Shown here one piece after another: positions 1-8,433 of a stretch of DNA of 64,000 bases. The notes below the pieces were generated by a model. That model was not told the DNA's origin. It ran no database searches and saw only the letters and a program-made list of their open reading frames with translations. The position numbers were made by a program, and so were the translations under genes. This DNA comes from a virus, in the IMG/VR virus record IMGVR_UViG_3300032087_002755; one strand, written 5' to 3'. Numbering within the stretch: position 1 is the stretch's first letter; every line of letters begins with the position of its first letter.

Positions 1-1105
1 GTGTTAATGCACCTTTTAATACTTTAGAGTCACCAAATTTTTTGACTCCGTTTGCAATTGATTTTAAGAAACCACCACTCTTGCCTGATTTGGCAGGTAA
101 TCCGACACCTTTGTCTGCAGCTTTGTCAGACATTCCTTTTGCCATTCCATCGGCTTTACCTTTGATTGCACCACCGATAGGAGAATCTCCACCACCTTCT
201 TTTCCTTTGGGTGTGAAAAAGTCTTTGACTCCACCCATGAACCCAGTGACTTTATCTTTGAGTCCTTCACCTGCTTCACCAAATACACCACCGATTGAAC
301 CCATAATGTCACTTATTGCATTTACTTTCTTAGTGACTGTATCAGCAAAACCAAGTATATCAATTCCAGTTAGTTCTTCAATACCACTACTGAACTTCTC
401 TGTACCTTCAAATTTAGTTGCTTTTTCTAAACCTGTTTTATATGCTTCTGTTGTTTCAGAAAGTGCTTCACTTCTTTCTTCTAAGGTTTTTCTTTCGGCT
501 GCAATTTCTCTATCATAGGCTGCAGTCATTTTATCTGCTTTGTCTTCTCTTTCTCTTTGTAAATCTTGTATAAGTTTGTTGTTTGCATCCGCGGCTGCAC
601 CGTTTAATCCAATTGACTTGGAACGTGCTTCTTCAATTTTTTTATCCAACTGAGCAAGAACATTATTACTTTTCATTGACTGTTCTAGTCTTGCTTGTCT
701 TCCGTCTTCAAGTTCTTGTATCTTGTCTTGGGTTTCGTTGAATTCTATTTGTGCCTGTCTCATTCCTTCAAAGTCGAAGGTTTCCATTACACCATTAATT
801 TCTTGTGAGAAGTTTGATTGTAATTGTTTGAGTTCTTTAGGGTCAAGGGCAGACTCACCCTCTTTCATATATTTGTCGACAAGACCAGTGAGGTTTTTTA
901 ATTTCTTAGTTGCTAACGCACCCGTAAAGGAATCTTTACTAGATTCCCTAAAGTCTGCTGTTATTTTGGCAACTTGTGGAGAGACTTCTTCTAAGTCTTT
1001 AATGATTTTCTGAAATCCAGGCTTCAGTTTTGCATTAACCTCTTTGATTTCTTTTGCTAAATCTTCCCGTTGTTCTCTAATTAACTTATCGTCGCCAGTT
1101 GCCAT
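1..1105 (-). CDS. Tape-measure-like protein (gp29-type baseplate hub/tail length determinant), 5' part; runs off the left edge
   Basis: Not in ORF track (truncated). ATG at 1105: MATGDDKLIREQREDLAKEIKEVNAKLKPGFQ..., helical/coiled-coil then Gly/Ala/Lys-rich; lies downstream of gp26/gp51. Confidence 0.6.
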   Translation of the reverse strand, partial: MATGDDKLIREQREDLAKEIKEVNAKLKPGFQKIIKDLEEVSPQVAKITADFRESSKDSFTGALATKKLKNLTGLVDKYMKEGESALDPKELKQLQSNFSQEINGVMETFDFEGMRQAQIEFNETQDKIQELEDGRQARLEQSMKSNNVLAQLDKKIEEARSKSIGLNGAAADANNKLIQDLQREREDKADKMTAAYDREIAAERKTLEERSEALSETTEAYKTGLEKATKFEGTEKFSSGIEELTGIDILGFADTVTKKVNAISDIMGSIGGVFGEAGEGLKDKVTGFMGGVKDFFTPKGKEGGGDSPIGGAIKGKADGMAKGMSDKAADKGVGLPAKSGKSGGFLKSIANGVKKFGDSKVLKGALT

Positions 1106-1115
1106 TTATACGTTC

Positions 1116-1496
1116 CTATTTTCCACCGAATGCTTTACCAGCTTCTGATATACCGAATGCACCAAGTGTCACTACAACAAATGATGTGTAGATTGTTTCT
1201 GATACTTTCAAGTCCATATCCCATACTAGTGCTGTGACTAAGTCAGTCATACCAAACACTACCATTAAGAAGAAAGATATGAAACCTATAATTGATTTTT
1301 CGTTTATGTCATTGTCATCTAAGAACAAATCTATAACTTTTCTTTTTGGAGGTGCTAATCCAGCACGTGCTTTCTTAGCTTCCTCTTGCATTTCTTTAAT
1401 GTTGTCTTCTTGCTCATCGAGTTTATCGATAAGTGCCATATACTTCTCTAAAGAAATTTCAACTTCATTCGTATTGTTTTCTTTTTTATCACCCAT
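1116..1496 (-). CDS. Small membrane protein (N-terminal coiled coil, two C-terminal TM helices)
   Basis: Hydrophobic segments IIGFISFFLMVVFGM and IYTSFVVVTLGAFGI. Confidence 0.7.
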   Translation of the reverse strand: MGDKKENNTNEVEISLEKYMALIDKLDEQEDNIKEMQEEAKKARAGLAPPKRKVIDLFLDDNDINEKSIIGFISFFLMVVFGMTDLVTALVWDMDLKVSETIYTSFVVVTLGAFGISEAGKAFGGK

Positions 1497-1512
1497 AACC
1501 GTTTCCTTTAAA

Positions 1513-1713
1513 TTATCGTCTTTTCATTTTGGCATTTTCTGCCTCTTGTCTAGACTTCTCTTCTTTAAGATGTTGCATTAACAACTTAATGTAAACTTCT
1601 CTTTCCCAAGGTATCATATTGTCTAACTCAGTCAACGAATACTTGTGGTGTTGCATTAATTGAAAGTTAGTGTTATAATGATTGAACACACTTTCATGAG
1701 AAAGAGCTATTAA
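1513..1713 (-). CDS. gp51: gp51-like baseplate hub/tail assembly chaperone (possibly reached by -1 frameshift from gp26; first in-frame ATG at 1656)
   Basis: NFQLMQHHKYSLTELDNMIPWEREVY motif typical of T4-like gp51. Confidence 0.8.
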   Translation of the reverse strand, partial: LIALSHESVFNHYNTNFQLMQHHKYSLTELDNMIPWEREVYIKLLMQHLKEEKSRQEAENAKMKRR

Positions 1714-2414
1714 AAAAAATTCTGAATTCCTTCTAACTTCTGCTCGTTCTTCGTTCCACACTCTTCACAATCCCATTCCAGTGTAGTTGTTAATTTAGGA
1801 AGTTGGTCGAACCATTTTCCTAAAAGTTCTAACTGAGGGAAAGTTAAACTATCCACAAATTCGTCTCGTTCTAATTTAGTCAAATCTGCACCTTCATAAA
1901 CATTCTCTTCGTCAAAAATGTTTACTATGGATTCTTTAATAAGTTCTACTGTTTGTGCTTCTTCTTTTAGGTCTGCGACCTTTTCGACTCCAGCAACATT
2001 AGGTATACTTAATGTTAAACCCACCGTGTCAGTAATCATAACAGTAAAGTCTTGTGGAATCTCACCTTCAGGTTGAATATCATCTAAACTAAGTGTCACC
2101 TCTTTTGTATGTGGACACTCTCTATTCACGCATGGAAACATCAATTTAGATGTGTCCCCTACAGATACTTTTCTTACTTGAATGAATAACCATTCTAAGT
2201 CTGTAGTCGGTAGTTCCTCAATAACTATCTTGTCATTGGTCACTGCTTGTAGCAATTTTTTAACAGATTGCATAGTCTGTTTTGTGTCTGCACCTTCTTT
2301 AGCCTGAACTAAAATGTTCTGTTCCTTTACTAGAAATGGACGATATTCTATATCTTGTCCACTAACTGGTAAAACTGTTCTATAAGTCGGTGTCGACTGT
2401 ATTGGTAATGCCAT
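1710..2414 (-). CDS. gp26: gp26-like baseplate hub assembly chaperone
   Basis: MALP..TP.Y, YRPFLVKEQ.IL, two Cys pairs (CVNREC, CEEC), ends LEGIQNFF. Confidence 0.9.
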   Translation of the reverse strand: MALPIQSTPTYRTVLPVSGQDIEYRPFLVKEQNILVQAKEGADTKQTMQSVKKLLQAVTNDKIVIEELPTTDLEWLFIQVRKVSVGDTSKLMFPCVNRECPHTKEVTLSLDDIQPEGEIPQDFTVMITDTVGLTLSIPNVAGVEKVADLKEEAQTVELIKESIVNIFDEENVYEGADLTKLERDEFVDSLTFPQLELLGKWFDQLPKLTTTLEWDCEECGTKNEQKLEGIQNFF

Positions 2415-2443
2415 TATATTATCCTCACTTTATTAATTAATTC

Positions 2444-3256
2444 TTAATCACCACCACCACCGATGTTAAGACCACCAATTTTTCTACTGATATTCTTACC
2501 ACGGGTAATTTGGCCTTCAAGACCACTTACTTTATTTAGGTATTCTCCAGCCTTTGGATTAAACCTAGACAACACTTTGAGTGTATCCATAGTTGCACCT
2601 AAAATACTTCCTTTTCCTAATGGGTCTTGTTTTGCACCATTGTCCATTGGTTCTATTGTTCTTACTTCGTCTGCTTCACTTGGATATGAAACTTCAAAGT
2701 TTTTATATTCAAATGTGACTTCGAACTCCATAATTCCACCACCTTCATTCGAACTTGAAACTGTTTGTTCGTCATATGATACTGGATATACGTCTTGGAA
2801 TTCGTATAACATTCTTGGTTTCCCACCCATACTTAATTGTGCAACGTTGATACTTCCAGTGTATTCGTTTATGTATTTCATGACTGGTTGAAACTTTGTT
2901 CCCCTATCTCTACTATGTGAACTACCTTCAGGTTTACCTTCAAATATTGAACGTTGCCATGCGTCGATAAGGATTCTATCGTAGAAGAAAGTGTCACATA
3001 TGAATGTCAGTGATAACCCACCGTCATAACTAACTGTTCCATCAGGGATTTGACGAGGAGCTCCGAATGTTGCTTCTTCGTTAGTTCCCAATTCAACGCC
3101 TGGGAAACTTGCATTGATACAACGGAAGTTATGTCCGTCATCAGTTTTAAATTTAAAACCACCTTGGTTATCACCACCTATGATTTGAACATCAAAATAA
3201 TTGGGTCTTGCACCCGTATCAAAATAAGATATAAACTCACTGATTCCTACACTCAT
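2444..3256 (-). CDS. gp54: Baseplate tail-tube initiator (gp54-like, tube fold)
   Basis: ARPNYFDV, FPG, YP.S, FEVTFEY motifs of gp19/gp54 family; synteny. Confidence 0.7.
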   Translation of the reverse strand: MSVGISEFISYFDTGARPNYFDVQIIGGDNQGGFKFKTDDGHNFRCINASFPGVELGTNEEATFGAPRQIPDGTVSYDGGLSLTFICDTFFYDRILIDAWQRSIFEGKPEGSSHSRDRGTKFQPVMKYINEYTGSINVAQLSMGGKPRMLYEFQDVYPVSYDEQTVSSSNEGGGIMEFEVTFEYKNFEVSYPSEADEVRTIEPMDNGAKQDPLGKGSILGATMDTLKVLSRFNPKAGEYLNKVSGLEGQITRGKNISRKIGGLNIGGGGD

Positions 3257-3825
3257 ACTACCTTCCTTCTACTATCTGCATATACAGAATTTGCGTTTAC
3301 GTTAAATTGTTGTGACGGTAACATTGCAACCACTTCCCAAAATTGAGGTGGGACTAAACTAAATTGACTTGTAATGTGACCGTAGAGATATTCTTTTAAA
3401 CATGGTTTATAATATTTCAATCTTGATACCCCTTTCAGTAATTCATATGTTAATCTAAATCTAGTTGTCTCGTTATAATCTTTATTGTTTGTATATTCAT
3501 ACAACTCTTCTAAGAATAAAACTCTATAACGAGGTGCAATGTAATGTAAATTGATTCCTATAAATCCTGTTGCATACTTTCTAATTGGTATGACTAAAGG
3601 AAATCTATCGAAATAGGGTAGTGTATTTTTATGTTTTGCATCATAGAAATACATATACATTCTACCTATTTCAAGTGTAGTGACCACTTCACCTTCTCTT
3701 AGTGTTTGGTCAGGTCTCACCTTTACATTTCTTAGGTTGTCTTTGAACCATTCCAATGATTCGAAGCTCCTTTGTTCTAATTCTGAAGGAGATTCGTTTT
3801 GTAATTTTTCAAATAGACCTGCCAT
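3253..3825 (-). CDS. gp2: DNA end protector protein
   Basis: GRMYMYFYDAKHK.TLPYFDRFPLV, GINLHY, KPCLKEYL. Confidence 0.9.
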   Translation of the reverse strand: MAGLFEKLQNESPSELEQRSFESLEWFKDNLRNVKVRPDQTLREGEVVTTLEIGRMYMYFYDAKHKNTLPYFDRFPLVIPIRKYATGFIGINLHYIAPRYRVLFLEELYEYTNNKDYNETTRFRLTYELLKGVSRLKYYKPCLKEYLYGHITSQFSLVPPQFWEVVAMLPSQQFNVNANSVYADSRRKVV

Positions 3826-3843
3826 TGTCTATTATTTATGCCT

Positions 3844-4740
3844 TTAGAATGTTTTTATAACTTTAAATGTCTCACATTCCCATTCTTTTTCTTCAAAAGG
3901 TATGTGCATGATTTGTTCTAAATCAGTATCATCAAATAACTTGTTGTCTTTCATGTGTATTTCTAAAGACTTATTACTATCTTTAAAGAGGTCTAAGTAG
4001 TCTACTGTAGTTTCACCGATTAGTGTTGGTAATTTGAAGTTAAATATTTCTGCTTGAATACGATATGCAGTTAGATAGTATTGTGGTCTATCCTCGTCAA
4101 CGTGCCATTCTAGTAAAGGTTTATTTGAAAAGGTATTCGGACTTCCTTCTGCAAATCCCCTTGTGTCTATCCATTGTTGTTTATCAACACTGAAGATATC
4201 TTTCCATGTATTGAAATCTATAATATTGTTTTCAGTAAAAAACTCTTCTTGACAATCCCAAAAAACAATACCTTGTTTTTCCATTTTACCCAAGTACATT
4301 GCATATTGTCTACAAGAGCCTGGGTGAAACCATACACCAAGAGAGTCAGTCTTCATACTACCTTGTGGATATGAATACCAACCTTCTTCTTTCCAAGTGT
4401 CTAAGAGATATCTACATTTACTTGCATGAAAGAATGCATTGTCTTCAGTATTTTCTAATCGTTTGTTATAGAGTTTTGCTGGTTGAATGTGACGTTCTAA
4501 TGTTTCAAGATAGAATTCATTGTTTTGTATACCGTCTTCTTTTAACCATGGGTCACGAATGTTGTATTTCATTATGGCCTTACAATATCGTAATGCAGAC
4601 ATTTTAAGGTCTCGAGTAAGAACCTCGTGTTTTAAAATATCTCCAAACAATAATAGTTTGGGTCTAGACGTGTCTTTAATCTCATTAAAGAGTGTTTCAA
4701 CTTTGTCATAGTCTGACTGTTCATTTAAAAATATTAACAT
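3844..4740 (-). CDS. Hypothetical protein with ParB/Srx-like segment; paralogous to N-terminus of 38955 ORF
   Basis: HASKCRYLLDTWKEEGWYSYPQG...WFHPGSCR; overlaps kdsB stop. Confidence 0.65.
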   Translation of the reverse strand: MLIFLNEQSDYDKVETLFNEIKDTSRPKLLLFGDILKHEVLTRDLKMSALRYCKAIMKYNIRDPWLKEDGIQNNEFYLETLERHIQPAKLYNKRLENTEDNAFFHASKCRYLLDTWKEEGWYSYPQGSMKTDSLGVWFHPGSCRQYAMYLGKMEKQGIVFWDCQEEFFTENNIIDFNTWKDIFSVDKQQWIDTRGFAEGSPNTFSNKPLLEWHVDEDRPQYYLTAYRIQAEIFNFKLPTLIGETTVDYLDLFKDSNKSLEIHMKDNKLFDDTDLEQIMHIPFEEKEWECETFKVIKTF

Positions 4741-5489
4741 AATTTTTTCCTTAAAATATTTTCTACTATCACCAAATCTTCAGGTGTGTCTACCGAGTAT
4801 CCCTCGTCTTCCACCTTAACCATTTTGACTTTAAACCCATTCTCAACAAACCTTAACATTTCCACTGATTCACTTTTCTCTAATTCATGGACTGGAAGGT
4901 GTGGAAACATTTCTAAGAACTCTCTATTGAATGCATATAAACCTAATTGTTGTTTGACAACGGACTCTTCTTTTTGCATGTATGGTATACTTAGTCGTGA
5001 ATAGTACAATGCATTATTGTATGAATCTGTTACAACTTTCACCACATTGTTATCATGTCGTTTGTCTGAATAAAAGTCTAACTCAACATATGCATTAGAT
5101 ACACTACCTAGTGTATGGGATTCTACTAACTGGTCAATAGCCTCAGGATTAATCAGGGGTTCATCTCCTTGTATGTTTACAAAGACATCTCCTTCAATAT
5201 CTTTAATTCCTTTTGCACAACGGTCTGTTCCAGTCAAACATTCTTCGTCCACAATTAAACAGTTCATGCGCATGGAGTAACAGAAGTCATAAATATCACT
5301 ACTATCGGTTAACACTATAACACTAGCGAGTGATTTTGACTGTATGCACTGATTGTAAACCCGCTGAATCATGGGAATTCCTGCTATCAAGGCCAGAGGT
5401 TTCCCTTCAAATCTAGTTGAATGGTATCTTGCTGGAATTAGTCCAACAACTTTAGTAGTTCTATCGGTCTCTGTATACTCTTTTCGCAC
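4734..5489 (-). CDS. kdsB: 3-deoxy-manno-octulosonate cytidylyltransferase (CMP-Kdo synthetase)
   Basis: IPARYHSTRFEGKPLA, TGTDR, NIQGDEP, VKVV, YYSR..IP, LE..E..EMLR, SVDTPEDL. Confidence 0.92.
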   Translation of the reverse strand: MRKEYTETDRTTKVVGLIPARYHSTRFEGKPLALIAGIPMIQRVYNQCIQSKSLASVIVLTDSSDIYDFCYSMRMNCLIVDEECLTGTDRCAKGIKDIEGDVFVNIQGDEPLINPEAIDQLVESHTLGSVSNAYVELDFYSDKRHDNNVVKVVTDSYNNALYYSRLSIPYMQKEESVVKQQLGLYAFNREFLEMFPHLPVHELEKSESVEMLRFVENGFKVKMVKVEDEGYSVDTPEDLVIVENILRKKLC

Positions 5490-6052
5490 ACTACACCCCC
5501 TTCCACATCACCATAACCATAACTCGCACAGACAAAATCTATCCCTGCTCTCTCAGCAGCCTGTCTATCAACGTCCATATCTCCAATATAAAGTGTATCA
5601 CTTGGGTCAACATTACAGAATGCACAAGTGTAAAGTAGTTGGTCAGGTGAAGGTTTACCTCTCAGTCCTTGTTTAGGAGAACATACATAATCAAACGTTG
5701 CAATTCTTTGTAGTATTTTCTTTGTTCTATCGATATCTTTAGAAGTACAGATTGCAATCTTACGTTTTTTTATCACTGTAAGTGCAACAAGTAGTTCATG
5801 GACACCTTCAAATATCTCAATTTGGTCTAATAGTTCGAGAGAAGATTTATCATAGGTGTCTTTAATTGAAGAAGTGTATTCTATACCCAAATCTTCTATG
5901 ATATCTCTGAATGGACGACCAATTCTTTTTTCATATTCACTAAATGGGACACTTATATCATGTATTTCACAAGTTTTTTCCCAAGATTGTTTCATATTTG
6001 GTAAAGAATCTATCAAAACCCCGTCTAAATCGAACATTATTAACTTTTTCAT
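5438..6052 (-). CDS. HAD-family phosphatase (Gph-like)
   Basis: FDLDGVLIDS motif I, CTSK motif II, KPSP, YIGDMDVD motif IV. Confidence 0.9.
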   Translation of the reverse strand: MKKLIMFDLDGVLIDSLPNMKQSWEKTCEIHDISVPFSEYEKRIGRPFRDIIEDLGIEYTSSIKDTYDKSSLELLDQIEIFEGVHELLVALTVIKKRKIAICTSKDIDRTKKILQRIATFDYVCSPKQGLRGKPSPDQLLYTCAFCNVDPSDTLYIGDMDVDRQAAERAGIDFVCASYGYGDVEGGVVCEKSIQRPIELLKLLD

Positions 6053-6492
6053 TTTACTAAGTGGTCTTCCGTAAGTATTCTGAACCCATATTTCCTATCT
6101 TGACAGTATTCGTTTGCAGCTTTGAACTTTGCTTGGTTAACAACGTAGGTTGCAACCTCGTTTAAGTATCTTTGAGTCCTTCTTTTGGGTTCTTTGGGTG
6201 GTGATAACTGTTTTTTGGGTTTCACTTCTATGATTTCCCGTATAACTTGTCCTTTTCCATTGACATACTTGATATAAAAGTCAGGAAAGTACCTATGAAC
6301 ACGTTTGTCTATTGGACTTCTGTATGGTATAATGATTTCTTCACTTCCCCATTCGATTATGCTCGGGTTATTATCACAATAGACCATGAATCTTCTTTCC
6401 CAAAGTGAACGATAGATAATTTTGGTGGGGTCACCCTTATATTTTTTATAGTTCTTTGGTTTAAACTTGCCCGAATAACTTTTTCTAGACAT
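6049..6492 (-). CDS. gp4: Head completion nuclease
   Basis: Y.GKFKP.N..KY.GDP..I.YRS.WE, WGSEE, HRYFPDF, EVKP; probable start MSRKSY at 6492. Confidence 0.92.
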   Translation of the reverse strand: MSRKSYSGKFKPKNYKKYKGDPTKIIYRSLWERRFMVYCDNNPSIIEWGSEEIIIPYRSPIDKRVHRYFPDFYIKYVNGKGQVIREIIEVKPKKQLSPPKEPKRRTQRYLNEVATYVVNQAKFKAANEYCQDRKYGFRILTEDHLVK

Positions 6493-6539
6493 AAATAACA
6501 CTAGTAATCATAATTTTTAATATTTAGGTTCAAAAAAAC

Positions 6540-7709
6540 ATGCCAAGTATAGACAAACTATTAAACAAAGTAAACCAGGCTGCAAGTGCAATCAAATCCT
6601 TTAAAGGAATCAAATCAAAATTCGAAGGTAAAGAGTATACTGGTTCGTATGCAAAAGACATGCTTGCAAGTGAAAAGGCAAAGGCACAAAAGTTATTAGA
6701 CGATAGACGTGCAACACTTCAAACTAATCTTAATGCCTCAAACCTTTCAAAATCAGTTGCAAAAAAACCACCAGTTAAAAACATAAGAGATTTAACATAT
6801 CCAGTTGGAGAAGATTTAGATTCGTATATAGTATTTGAAACTAGACCAAGAAAAGCAAGAGAGGGTAGAAATGCTAAAAATATTTTTAGTGGAGAAGAAC
6901 AAGTTTCTATTGCATTGTATGTCCCCGATGAATTGTCTTTTGATACTAAAGTGACATATGAGAACGAAGGTATTGGTGCAAACAAAAGAAATCTTATTGA
7001 TACCTTTGACGGAGGTGGTAATGGAATTCAAGCATTTGGTAGTGGTTTAGAAGAAGCATTTCAAGGAATGGTAGATGCTGGTGCTAATGCTGTAACTGGT
7101 GGTGTTAAAAACTTTCTTCAAGGTAAAGCAAAAAATCCTATGGAAGAACAGTTTTTTAAAGGTGTAGAATTTAGAAGTCATTCATTTAGTTACGAGTTCT
7201 ATCCTAAAAGTTCAGACGAAGCACGTCAAGTTGAAGATATTATTTGGTCATTTAAATCTGCAATGTTGCCTGATACTTTTGCAAATGCAGAAGCAGACGG
7301 AGCTGCAGAAGGATACTTCAACTATCCAAACATATTTAATATCTATTATGAAGGTTCTATTAGTCAAAGATTTGAAGACTTCTTACCTTCTGTTTTAACA
7401 GATTGCACTGTATCACATTCAACAAAACTATTTCATGACGGTTATCCAGTATCAACTGAATTAGGTCTTGAGTTTACTGAAGTTAAAGTTATTACACAAG
7501 AAACTTATCAACAAATATCTAAGTCAAAAAGAAAGTCAGATATTGGTGGTGGTCAATCTTCACTTGCATTAGGAAAAGATACTTATGGTGAAAAGATAGA
7601 CGGAACAGGTTTCTTTGGAAGTAATGTAATGAGAGAAAAAACAAGAAATACTAGTGGTCAATTATCAACACCACCACAGCCTGGAAATAAAGGTGGAGGT
7701 AGAGGATAA
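6540..7709 (+). CDS. gp48: Baseplate tail tube cap
   Basis: IALYVP, NPMEEQFFKGVEFRSHSFSYEFYPKS..EA, L.FTE. Confidence 0.85.
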   Translation: MPSIDKLLNKVNQAASAIKSFKGIKSKFEGKEYTGSYAKDMLASEKAKAQKLLDDRRATLQTNLNASNLSKSVAKKPPVKNIRDLTYPVGEDLDSYIVFETRPRKAREGRNAKNIFSGEEQVSIALYVPDELSFDTKVTYENEGIGANKRNLIDTFDGGGNGIQAFGSGLEEAFQGMVDAGANAVTGGVKNFLQGKAKNPMEEQFFKGVEFRSHSFSYEFYPKSSDEARQVEDIIWSFKSAMLPDTFANAEADGAAEGYFNYPNIFNIYYEGSISQRFEDFLPSVLTDCTVSHSTKLFHDGYPVSTELGLEFTEVKVITQETYQQISKSKRKSDIGGGQSSLALGKDTYGEKIDGTGFFGSNVMREKTRNTSGQLSTPPQPGNKGGGRG

Positions 7710-8431
7710 TGGCAACACAATTTTTTAAAAATTTTCCCGAGATTCAATACACATTAGATAGTGGTAAGGTCATTACCATTAAAGATTTCTTTAGGAAATC
7801 TAAGATTGACACTTCTGCAGTTAATAGTATTATAGATTATGAGTATTATGAATTACAAGAAGGTGATAGACCTGATGTAGTTGCAACTAATATATACGGT
7901 GATTCAGATTTACACTGGACATTCTTTTTAGTTAACGAAATGAATAACTATTATGACTGGTGGAAAGACAATAGAGCCTTTGAAAAATACATGTCACATG
8001 CCTTTGGTGGTCATTTCATAACGACACATAATAAATCAGATATCGTAAGTGCATCAGGTAAGTTCCTATTAGGTGAAACTGTATCATGTACAAGAGACGG
8101 AACAACAATAAGTGCAAAGGTAACAAAGGTAGAACCCAACTTTGCAAGAGTAGGAACAGAAGGGGATAAATTTCAAGCAAGTGAAATCGTAACTGGTAAT
8201 ATCAGTGGTCACTCTTGTACTGTAAAAAATGGAATCAATCAAACAGACGGAACTGCATATTACTATGATTTAAACGGTAATAAATCAAATACGTTTGTAA
8301 ATGGTATGTACGAGAAAACAATCTATGATGATGAGTGGGAAAAAAATGAAGAAAAGAGAAAAATCAAATACATAAAACCACAATACATTAAAAGGGTAGT
8401 TAGAGAATTTAATAGAGTAATGAGTTCATAA
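7709..8431 (+). CDS. gp53: Baseplate wedge subunit
   Basis: FF..FP.I.Y, GDRPD.VA..IYGDS.LHW, NEEKR.I. Confidence 0.88.
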   Translation: MATQFFKNFPEIQYTLDSGKVITIKDFFRKSKIDTSAVNSIIDYEYYELQEGDRPDVVATNIYGDSDLHWTFFLVNEMNNYYDWWKDNRAFEKYMSHAFGGHFITTHNKSDIVSASGKFLLGETVSCTRDGTTISAKVTKVEPNFARVGTEGDKFQASEIVTGNISGHSCTVKNGINQTDGTAYYYDLNGNKSNTFVNGMYEKTIYDDEWEKNEEKRKIKYIKPQYIKRVVREFNRVMSS

Positions 8432-8433
8432 TA

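Noticed and set aside
42-1013. Plus-strand ORFs 42..518 and 723..1013, minus ORF 64..312
   Set aside because: Shadows of the truncated minus-strand tape-measure-like gene
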